Positions 51,519 through 58,557 of a stretch of 64,000 bases of DNA are shown piece by piece. The stretch is taken from assembly GCA_963822585.1 (NCBI GenBank), contig CAWGIE010000007.1:209647-273646 (forward strand). The letters run 5' to 3'. A program made the translations under genes and the position numbers. This stretch comes from an uncultured bacterium (GTDB lineage: Bacteria > Auribacterota > Erginobacteria > Erginobacterales > Erginobacteraceae). Under the pieces are notes generated by a model. That model was not told the DNA's origin and ran no database searches. It saw nothing but the letters and a program-made list of their open reading frames with translations. Every line of letters starts with the position of its first letter. The first letter of the stretch is position 1.

Positions 51519-51584
51519 GCACAACCACCCGCTTCACCTGACCGTATCCGCTTCGCGGCTACGGCAGGTGAGCTTATCGTAAGC
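51519..51584 (+). repeat. attC (short type)
   Basis: GCACAAC...GTGAGC-TTATC-GTAAGC. Confidence 0.8.
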
Positions 51585-51796
51585 GGCGAACGCGCCGCGG
51601 AAGACAAAAAGAAAAGAAAGACAAAGATAAATCGGGTTGGCAAACGGTGGAATTTTTAACCCTTCGCCGCTTATCGGGGAGCTGAGCTTCGCTCTCCCGG
51701 GTGGACAGGCGGCGCTGCCGCCTATCCACCCGCTCGAGTTGTCCCGCCTGAAGGGTCCGCTTCGCGTCCCCTCACGGCGGGCAACTCAGCTCCCCG
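51579..51796 (+). mobile_element. Gene-less cassette family A, copy 5 (1-nt loss at core: GTAAGC)
   Basis: Near-identical to copy 1. Confidence 0.85.
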
Positions 51797-51815
51797 ATAG
51801 AACTCAAGATCAGAA

Positions 51816-52124
51816 ATGACCATCCGATCACAACTTGAAAATATAAGGCGCAAATTTTTCATTTTTGCTTTCTCAGGCTTGGCCTTATCCATAATAGATT
51901 TTATTTTATTAACACCCATATATCCTGCATTTGCAACCATTGGAATTCTTGGTTTTATTGTATTCATGACAGGAATCTTACTTCTTCTTTTTGGGATTCG
52001 TTGTCCAAAATGCAAAGGTGCTCTTGGTTACGCTATTTCATGGCCACCTAAAGGATTATTTAAAATTTCAAAAAAGATTAAATTCTGTCCTTTCTGTGGA
52101 GTTGATATAGATTCTGAAATTTAG
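51816..52124 (+). CDS. Cassette (GAT core): 2-TM protein with CxxC zinc ribbon
   Basis: CPKC, CPFCG; bounded by GATAGAA and TTCTATC. Confidence 0.75.
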   Translation: MTIRSQLENIRRKFFIFAFSGLALSIIDFILLTPIYPAFATIGILGFIVFMTGILLLLFGIRCPKCKGALGYAISWPPKGLFKISKKIKFCPFCGVDIDSEI

Positions 52125-52132
52125 ATAAGAAG

Positions 52133-52201
52133 TTCTATCAAGTCGCTCCACTCGACCATGGCCCGCGCTGCGGGCCCTGGCGAGTGAGCTCTCTGATAAG
52201 C
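52133..52201 (+). repeat. attC (short type, ATC core)
   Basis: TTCTATC...GTGAGC-TCTCT-GATAAGC. Confidence 0.85.
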
Positions 52202-52412
52202 GGCGAACGCGCCGCGGAAGAAAAAAAGAAAAGAAAGGCAAAGATAAATCGGGTGGGCAAACGGTGGAATTTTAACCCTTCGCCGCTTATCGGAGAGCTG
52301 AGCTTCGCTCTCCCGGGTGAACAGGCGGCGCTGCCGCCTATCCACCCGCTCGAGTTGTCCCGCCTGAAGAGTCCGCTCCGCGTCCCCTCACGGCGGGCAA
52401 CTCAGCTCCCCG
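52195..52412 (+). mobile_element. Gene-less cassette family A, copy 6
   Basis: Near-identical to copy 1. Confidence 0.85.
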
Positions 52413-52433
52413 TTCGACAAGAGAAAAATGAGA

Positions 52434-52832
52434 CTACTTCGCCCAGTTCTGAACTTTCAGCCCCGGCACCCGGCGGAATTCGCGCTCGTTGCCGGTCACG
52501 ACAGTCAGCCCCAGGGACAACGCGTGCGCGGCGATCATTGTGTCCAAAGGACCAATGGGGGTGCCCGCTTGCTCCAACTCCGCTCGAATACGTCCGTACA
52601 CTGGCGCGACCGCGTCGTCGTACGGAGCAACGGTGAGCGGCGTCATGAATTCAGCCAGCGCCAGTCTGTTCTCCGGATTCGTGCTCTTTGCCACGCCGTA
52701 CTCCAACTCGCTAAGCGTAACAGAGGAAACACAGATCTCATCGGTGCTGCGGCGCTTCATGCGCCGCAGCACCCGCTCGTCTCGGTTGCGGATGAGCTCA
52801 ATACACGTGTTCGTGTCGAGCATGAAGCGCAT
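52434..52832 (-). CDS. vapC: VapC PIN toxin (inverted cassette)
   Basis: MLDTNTCI, SELEYG, IGPLDTMIAAHA, VTGNEREF.RV. Confidence 0.92.
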   Translation of the reverse strand: MRFMLDTNTCIELIRNRDERVLRRMKRRSTDEICVSSVTLSELEYGVAKSTNPENRLALAEFMTPLTVAPYDDAVAPVYGRIRAELEQAGTPIGPLDTMIAAHALSLGLTVVTGNEREFRRVPGLKVQNWAK

Positions 52833-53059
52833 CAAAGCCCCTTTCTCTCTTGTTGTTCAGGCTGGTTGCGCTCCGCCATGAAATCATCCGTGAACTTATC
52901 CAAGCTGTTCACGAGCGGAGCCCAGGGGCTTCGTTTCGGGAAAAGAATAACGATGTCCTCGTACTTGCGCACGAATACCTCGTTCCCGCTGAACCGGCAT
53001 TCCTTGGGAAGCCGCACCGCTTGGCTGCGGCCATTCTCAAACAACTTTGCTGTTTGCAT
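52832..53059 (-). CDS. vapB: VapB AbrB-type antitoxin
   Basis: AKLFENGRSQAVRLPKE. Confidence 0.92.
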   Translation of the reverse strand: MQTAKLFENGRSQAVRLPKECRFSGNEVFVRKYEDIVILFPKRSPWAPLVNSLDKFTDDFMAERNQPEQQERKGL

Positions 53060-53122
53060 ATCTCACCTCCAGTATCTATCGTGATATATACCACACACCT
53101 GTGAGCGGAGCAACATGAAACT

Positions 53123-53180
53123 GTCGAACATGGCGCTGCTGCGTACGGCTTACAGCCACCGCAGAGCTTGATCGATAAAC
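53123..53180 (+). repeat. attC (58 bp singleton type)
   Basis: GTCGAAC...GCTGCTGCG...CGCAGAGC...GATAAAC. Confidence 0.8.
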
Positions 53181-53392
53181 GACGAACGCGCCGCGGAAGA
53201 AGAAAAGAAAAGAAAGACAAAGATAAATCGGGTGGGCAAACGGTGGAATTTTTAACCCTTCGCCGCTTATCGGGGAGCTGAGCTTCGCTCTCCCGGGTGG
53301 ACAGGCGGCGCTGCCGCCTATCCACCCGCTCGAGTTGTCCCGCCTGAAGGGTCCGCTCCGCGTCCCCTCACGGCGGGCAACTCAGCTCCCCG
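53174..53392 (+). mobile_element. Gene-less cassette family A, copy 7
   Basis: Near-identical to copy 1; two substitutions in the left arm (GATAAACGACGAA). Confidence 0.85.
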
Positions 53393-53394
53393 TT

Positions 53395-53907
53395 ATGTCT
53401 CGGATATTTACATATTTACTTCTTATATTATTCATCACAACGATTTTAAATGGTTGTGCATCGAGAGATATTTCAACTCCGGGAGAGGCTTTGCTCGGAC
53501 ATTGGGTTTGGAATGATATTGAGGATGATTTACATTTTTTCTTCGATGAGGATGGCTCCCATATCGCAGATCTTAAAATTAGTAGGTATTCCAAATACTG
53601 GAGAGCGGGTCCAGCCCACGGGCAATATAGAATAATTCAACAAGATTTAGAAAATAGAAAGATAGAAGTAACTATTAAATATAGTTACATTTGGAGGCAT
53701 CCTTTAGCAGAGATCTATTATGGTAAAGCCGAACTATTAGTTGTTGGCGCATTCTCGGAAGACTATAAGGCTTTTTCTGGAGTTGCTTATTTAGATGTCC
53801 AGGGTGATAAAGAAAAGATGAACGATTCCATTTCTTGGACTTATGTCGACAGTAAACGGAAACCACAAGATAAAGTAGACATAACTAACCACTCAAGCCG
53901 ACCTTAG
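53395..53907 (+). CDS. Cassette: lipoprotein
   Basis: ATG inside R'; LNGC lipobox; stop lies within attC. Confidence 0.72.
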   Translation: MSRIFTYLLLILFITTILNGCASRDISTPGEALLGHWVWNDIEDDLHFFFDEDGSHIADLKISRYSKYWRAGPAHGQYRIIQQDLENRKIEVTIKYSYIWRHPLAEIYYGKAELLVVGAFSEDYKAFSGVAYLDVQGDKEKMNDSISWTYVDSKRKPQDKVDITNHSSRP

Positions 53908-53946
53908 CCGCGCTGCGGTCTAAGGCGGCTTAGTTTCTCGATTAAG
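53879..53946 (+). repeat. attC (divergent)
   Basis: ACATAAC-TAACC-ACTCAAG...CTTAGT-TTCTC-GATTAAG. Confidence 0.75.
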
Positions 53947-53988
53947 CCGTGACCGAATATATCCACATCCGTAAGGAGATTTTTCACA

Positions 53989-54735
53989 ATGGACATCCCA
54001 AGAATATTCAACATCACCGAAAGTGCTCATCGCATCCATAACCCGTTCACACCCGAAAAGTTCGCCACTCTCGGCGCGGCGCTGCGTCTGGAATCAGGGA
54101 CCCGAGTGCTCGACCTCGGCAGCGGTTCGGGGGAGATGCTATGCACCTGGGCACGCGATCACGGTGTCATCGGCACCGGCATCGATATGAGCCAGTTGTT
54201 CACAGAGCAGGCAAAAAAACGTGCTGAAGAACTCGGCGTCGCCGATCAAGTCAAATTCATCCATGGCGATGCTGCCGGCTACGTCTCTGAGGTGAAAATT
54301 GATGTAGCAGCTTGTGTCGGTGCCACTTGGATCGCCGGCGGAGTTGCCGGCACTATCGAGCTTCTGGTGCGGAGCCTGAGAACCGGAGGGATCATCCTCA
54401 TCGGCGAGCCCTATTGGCGGCAGTTACCGCCGACAGATGATGTTGCCAAGGGATGTCTTGCCAACTCAATCTCCGACTTTCTCATGCTTCCAGAACTTCT
54501 CGCATCTTTCGGCCATCTTGACTACGACGTCGTTGAAATGGTTCTGGCTGACCAAAACGGCTGGGACAGATACGAGGCGGCCAAATGGCTCACTATGCGC
54601 CGATGGCTTGAAACTAATCACGATGACGAGTTAGCGAAAGATGTTCGAGCCAAATTGACCTCGGAACCTGAGCGCTACGCCGCTTACACACGTGAATACA
54701 TGGGCTGGGGCGTATTCGCACTGATGGCGAGGTGA
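53989..54735 (+). CDS. Class I SAM-dependent methyltransferase (YjhP-like)
   Basis: VLDLGSGSG motif I, GID, GDA; AAGGAG SD. Confidence 0.88.
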   Translation: MDIPRIFNITESAHRIHNPFTPEKFATLGAALRLESGTRVLDLGSGSGEMLCTWARDHGVIGTGIDMSQLFTEQAKKRAEELGVADQVKFIHGDAAGYVSEVKIDVAACVGATWIAGGVAGTIELLVRSLRTGGIILIGEPYWRQLPPTDDVAKGCLANSISDFLMLPELLASFGHLDYDVVEMVLADQNGWDRYEAAKWLTMRRWLETNHDDELAKDVRAKLTSEPERYAAYTREYMGWGVFALMAR

Positions 54736-54813
54736 TGAGGGTATTACCGGGCTACTCAGAAAGTGGGAAAAATCCAATCATGCCTAACAAGACAAATGCA
54801 CTCGGACGGCAAA

Positions 54814-55001
54814 AAGCGGACCGCTCGCTAAGGCTCGCTTTCGCCTGACGGCGAATCCGCTTATCGGAGAGCTGAGCAGCGAGCTGCTCGATCAGCTGGA
54901 AAGGCTGCGCGCTTCGCGCTGCGCCTATCCAGCCGCTCGATCAGAAATCGGCCTAATCGCCGAGCAAGCTCGGCACTAGGTCGATTCTGCTCAGCTCTCC
55001 A
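54814..55001 (+). mobile_element. Gene-less cassette family B, 5'-clipped copy fused to a half attC
   Basis: Matches 46926-47112; preceded by the left half attC GCCTAAC...CTCGGACGGCAAA. Confidence 0.78.
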
Positions 55002-55096
55002 TTCTGCCAAAAATAATACCTTTCCGCCTTGACATGACCACTCCAAGTGACTATATTCATATAAATGAAACTTCAAAATGGAGAAGTTGATATACG

Positions 55097-55324
55097 ATGA
55101 AAACTATGGCAATAACTGATTTTAAGACGCATGCACTACAGGTTTTGTGCGAAATCGCTAAGACCAAAGAACCTATTCTTGTAACAAAACGGGGGAAACC
55201 TCTTGCCGAAGTCATTGCTTTTTCAGAAGAAAAACCATTGCCCGGGAAATTATCGGAAGCATTGGTTTTTGAGAACGATATTGTCTCTCCTCTGGGAGAA
55301 GAACTTTGGAACGCATGTAAATGA
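55097..55324 (+). CDS. Phd/YefM antitoxin
   Basis: ITDFKTH, EPILVTKRGKP. Confidence 0.88.
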   Translation: MKTMAITDFKTHALQVLCEIAKTKEPILVTKRGKPLAEVIAFSEEKPLPGKLSEALVFENDIVSPLGEELWNACK

Positions 55325-55719
55325 AGTACATCCTCGACACACATACGTGGATCTGGTGGAACATGCATCCTGCCAAGCTCTCCGGCAAAGTACGATCCCT
55401 GGTTACAGACTCAAATCGATATGAATGCCTCTTGCTTTCAGCGATTTCACCATGGGAGTTTAGCAAGCTTCTGGAGAAGAAACGGATCGGTATTTCGTGT
55501 GATCCGGAAGAATGGATAAATCAGGCTCTTGATATGCCAAAGCTGAGACTTGTTCCTCTTTCCCCTGTTATTGCATATAGATCCACAGTATTGCCTCAGC
55601 CCTTTAACGGAGATCCCGCAGATCAGATCATCGTTGCAACCGCAAGAGAAGAGAATGCTACCATACTGACTAAGGATAAAATGATCCTGCAGTACAAGCA
55701 CGTTCGCACTTTGTGGTAA
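55321..55719 (+). CDS. vapC: VapC PIN toxin
   Basis: ILDTHTWIW, SAISPWE, DPADQIIVATA, TKD. Confidence 0.9.
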   Translation: MKYILDTHTWIWWNMHPAKLSGKVRSLVTDSNRYECLLLSAISPWEFSKLLEKKRIGISCDPEEWINQALDMPKLRLVPLSPVIAYRSTVLPQPFNGDPADQIIVATAREENATILTKDKMILQYKHVRTLW

Positions 55720-55727
55720 CTAATAAG

Positions 55728-55857
55728 GCAGAACCAGACGCTCAAGCAGACCGGAAGGGCGAATGCGGCTATTAAGCATTCTTATCTTCTCCGGCATTTC
55801 TCGGGGTAACATGGTTTTTTAGGCGTCCCCTTCCGGCCGCTTAGCTTTTCGTTTGTT
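55728..55857 (+). repeat. attC (long type)
   Basis: GCAGAAC...CTTAGC-TTTTC-GTTTGTT. Confidence 0.85.
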
Positions 55858-55894
55858 GTTGACATCATGTATATTGTCATGATATACATTCATC

Positions 55895-56197
55895 ATGATT
55901 AAACCTAAAGATATCCTGACTCAATGCAGCGGTTTTGAATGGGATGATTGTAATCTCACGAAGAATTGGAAAAAGCATGACGTGACTGATGGAGAATGTG
56001 AGCAGATCTTCTTCAATCAGCCTCTCATTGTTAAGAGAGACAAGAAACACTCCCTACTTGAAAACAGATATTATGTTCTAGGCAGAACTAATGCGGAGCG
56101 GCTGCTTTTCATAGTTTTCACTGTTCGAAAGGACAAGATCAGAATCATCTCGGCACGGGATATGAACCGTACGGAACAGAAAAGGTATAGGAAATGA
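55895..56197 (+). CDS. brnT: BrnT family toxin
   Basis: FEWD..N..KN..KH, ENRY, IRIISARDM. Confidence 0.88.
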   Translation: MIKPKDILTQCSGFEWDDCNLTKNWKKHDVTDGECEQIFFNQPLIVKRDKKHSLLENRYYVLGRTNAERLLFIVFTVRKDKIRIISARDMNRTEQKRYRK

Positions 56198-56463
56198 AGA
56201 AGAAACTCCCAAAGTTCAAGACTGAAGCAGAAGAACGTCGCTTCTGGCAAACGCACGATTCATCTGAATACGTTGACTGGTCCAAAGCGGAAGATGTCGT
56301 TTTATCAAAGCTCAAACCATCAACGCGCACAATCTCGCTTCGTCTTACCGAGTCGATGCTGGATGAGTTGAAGCTAATGGCCAACAAGCGTGACGTTCCT
56401 TACCAGTCTCTCCTCAAGATATTTCTCTCAGAGCGTATCGACTCGGAACTGCACAATGCCTAG
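56194..56463 (+). CDS. brnA: BrnA/CopG-like antitoxin
   Basis: PKFKTEAEERRFW.THDS, ISLRL, VPYQSL. Confidence 0.85.
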   Translation: MKKKLPKFKTEAEERRFWQTHDSSEYVDWSKAEDVVLSKLKPSTRTISLRLTESMLDELKLMANKRDVPYQSLLKIFLSERIDSELHNA

Positions 56464-56474
56464 GTATCGAAAAG

Positions 56475-56639
56475 GCAGAACCAGTCGCTCAAGCTGACCG
56501 GAAGGGCTAATGCTACTGTCGAATGTTTCATTTTTCGCCAGCGTTTTCCGGGATAGTATGCTTTTTTAGTCGGCCCCTTCCGGCCTAATAGCCGGGCAAG
56601 CCCGGCATTAGGTCGACTCTGCTCAGTTCCCCGTTAGAT
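56475..56639 (+). repeat. Hybrid attC: long-type left part fused to the family-B 3' remnant
   Basis: ...CCCCTTC-CGGCC-TAATAGCCGGGCAAGCCCGGCATTAGGTCG...CTCAGTTCCCCGTTAGAT. Confidence 0.75.
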
Positions 56640-56661
56640 TATAGAGACAGATTAAAAAACA

Positions 56662-57015
56662 ATGGCCACATCCACCAACAAAACTTTTTGGAGAAGGTGG
56701 ATAAAGTATTCTCTTATTGTTACCACCATCTGGATCATTCTTCTTTTCTTGAGCCCCAACTTTGATGTCTTTTGGTATTTTCTTACTCCAGCCAGTCCGC
56801 TTATATTATTTATGGAGAAAATTGGCATAGCACATTTACTACTAGGTTCAGAATCTGTCCTGCTCGCCATTGCTTACGCTTATTACTTGATTGCCTTTGC
56901 TATCATACTTCTACCACAACTTTCACCACGAAAATCTGCAGCAAGAATTATCTATTCTATAATATCGGGTCTGTTTCTAATTGTTTGGATAAGTTTAATC
57001 ATCATTTTGAACTAA
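56662..57015 (+). CDS. Cassette: membrane protein
   Basis: Hydrophobic 117 aa ORF. Confidence 0.72.
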   Translation: MATSTNKTFWRRWIKYSLIVTTIWIILLFLSPNFDVFWYFLTPASPLILFMEKIGIAHLLLGSESVLLAIAYAYYLIAFAIILLPQLSPRKSAARIIYSIISGLFLIVWISLIIILN

Positions 57016-57020
57016 ATATA

Positions 57021-57092
57021 CTCTAACCAGACGCTTCACCCATCTTTTACCCGCCGTGCGGCGGGTAAAAGCGGGTGAGCTTTTCGTTATAT
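57021..57092 (+). repeat. attC (short type), last visible in the array
   Basis: CTCTAAC...GTGAGC-TTTTC-GTTATAT. Confidence 0.85.
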
Positions 57093-57093
57093 T

Positions 57094-58557
57094 ATGAAGA
57101 TAATAGTGCTTTCCCTGATTGTTTTTTGTATATTCGGCCTGGGCCCGTTTTCCCGGTGCCCGGGTGAAGATTCCGGCGAGATTCCGGCCACTCCATTACC
57201 CGCGTTATCTCATTCTGTCCCGATGCAGGCCACACTTGACAATTGGATCCGGCACGAAGCGATTCCCTTCTCCGTCGATTCCCCCGAAACCTTCAATGCC
57301 GCCGTGGACAAAGTCATCGCGTCACTGGGCGACCCGGTGGAGCTGCTCGGCGTCGGGGAAGCGCTTCACGGGGGCGAGGACATCCTCATCCTCCGCAACC
57401 GGATCTTCCAGCGCCTGGCGGAGGCGCATGGCTACAGCGCCATCGCCGTCGAGAGCAGTTTCCCCCGGGGTCGCGTGGTGAACGAATACGTGGCCGGCCG
57501 CGGGCCGGACTCGTATGAGGCCGTGCGGGACACCGGCTTCAGCCACGGCTTCGGCCGGCTCGACGCCAATCGAGAACTGGTGGAGTGGATGCGGGGATAC
57601 AATGCCGATCCTGCCCATCGCGTCAAACTCCGGTTCTACGGCTTCGATAGCCCGACTGAAATGATGGGGAGCGATAGTCCCCGCCACGTTCTGCATTTCG
57701 TTCTCGATTATCTCGCTTCGATAGATCCCGCCGGCGGCCAAAAGCGCCGCGAACGCATCGACCGGCTGCTGGGCCCGGACTCCGACTGGGAAAATCCCGC
57801 GGCAACGATGGACCCGACGAAGGCGGTCGGCCTCTCGCCGTCCGCCACCGCATTGCGGATCGAGACGGAAGATCTTATTACGGAACTGCAGATCCGCCGG
57901 CCGGAACTGGTGGCAAAGAGCGACGAAAACCGCTACCGGGAAGCCCTGCAGTTTGCTTCCGAGGCGCGGCAGTTGTTGAACTATCATGCCGCGCTCGCGC
58001 AAAAGTCGGACAATCGGGTGGCCGAAACACTCGGCATCCGCGACGCGACGATGGCGGACAATCTGGCTTACATAGTCTCCCGGGAGCGGGGACGGGGGAA
58101 AGTGCTGGCCTTCGCGCACAACGCTCACCTGCAACGCGGGGTAACAAATATGCAACTCGGGCCGAACCTTTACACCTGGTGGCCGGCGGGATCGCAACTC
58201 GACGAGATGTTCGGCCCGGGTTATGCCGTTATCGGCTCGGCGGTGGGCGTCTCCGAAGCCAATGGGATCGGCACGCCCGAAGCCGGCACGCTGGAGGCGC
58301 TGCTGGAGGCCGTGCCGGGGCCGGCGCTTTTTATTCCGACTCACCGGGGCCGGGGGCTTCCGCCCTCGGCAATCGCGGCTCTTCCGACCCGATCCGGGAG
58401 CATGAAGAACCCAGGCTATTTCCCGCTCACCCCGCGAAGCTTCACCGATTTCGACTGGCTGGCTTTCCTGGATTCAACGACATACAACCGCGGGGGTCCG
58501 CCGCTGCCGCCGGCGATGCGGACGCCAAGCAGTAACCTCCCTACTGGCGAAAAATAA
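57094..58557 (+). CDS. Erythromycin esterase family protein
   Basis: LLGVGEALHG, AVES, WMR.YN, FYGFD, RD..MADN, AHNAH. Confidence 0.85.
   Translation: MKIIVLSLIVFCIFGLGPFSRCPGEDSGEIPATPLPALSHSVPMQATLDNWIRHEAIPFSVDSPETFNAAVDKVIASLGDPVELLGVGEALHGGEDILILRNRIFQRLAEAHGYSAIAVESSFPRGRVVNEYVAGRGPDSYEAVRDTGFSHGFGRLDANRELVEWMRGYNADPAHRVKLRFYGFDSPTEMMGSDSPRHVLHFVLDYLASIDPAGGQKRRERIDRLLGPDSDWENPAATMDPTKAVGLSPSATALRIETEDLITELQIRRPELVAKSDENRYREALQFASEARQLLNYHAALAQKSDNRVAETLGIRDATMADNLAYIVSRERGRGKVLAFAHNAHLQRGVTNMQLGPNLYTWWPAGSQLDEMFGPGYAVIGSAVGVSEANGIGTPEAGTLEALLEAVPGPALFIPTHRGRGLPPSAIAALPTRSGSMKNPGYFPLTPRSFTDFDWLAFLDSTTYNRGGPPLPPAMRTPSSNLPTGEK

Larger units (their letters stand above)
24986..57092 (+). 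mobile_element. Integron cassette array (~44 attC-delimited units)
   Basis: Repeated ORF + imperfect palindrome units; each cassette's 5' core generally complements its own 3' R'' box. Confidence 0.95.

Noticed and set aside
38905..53392. Family A repeats or attC repeats as a CRISPR array
   Set aside because: Units are 57-218 bp, separated by whole genes, follow attC grammar, and no cas genes are present.
39746..53394. MSRLKGPLRVPSRRATQLP N-terminal extensions (ORFs 39746, 43085, 53335) and the recurring minus-strand MDRRQRRL ORFs as real peptides of family A
   Set aside because: They start at alternative codons inside hairpins with no SD; in-frame fusion in 3 of 7 copies is near chance; family B does not keep the frame. 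A leader role is not fully excluded.
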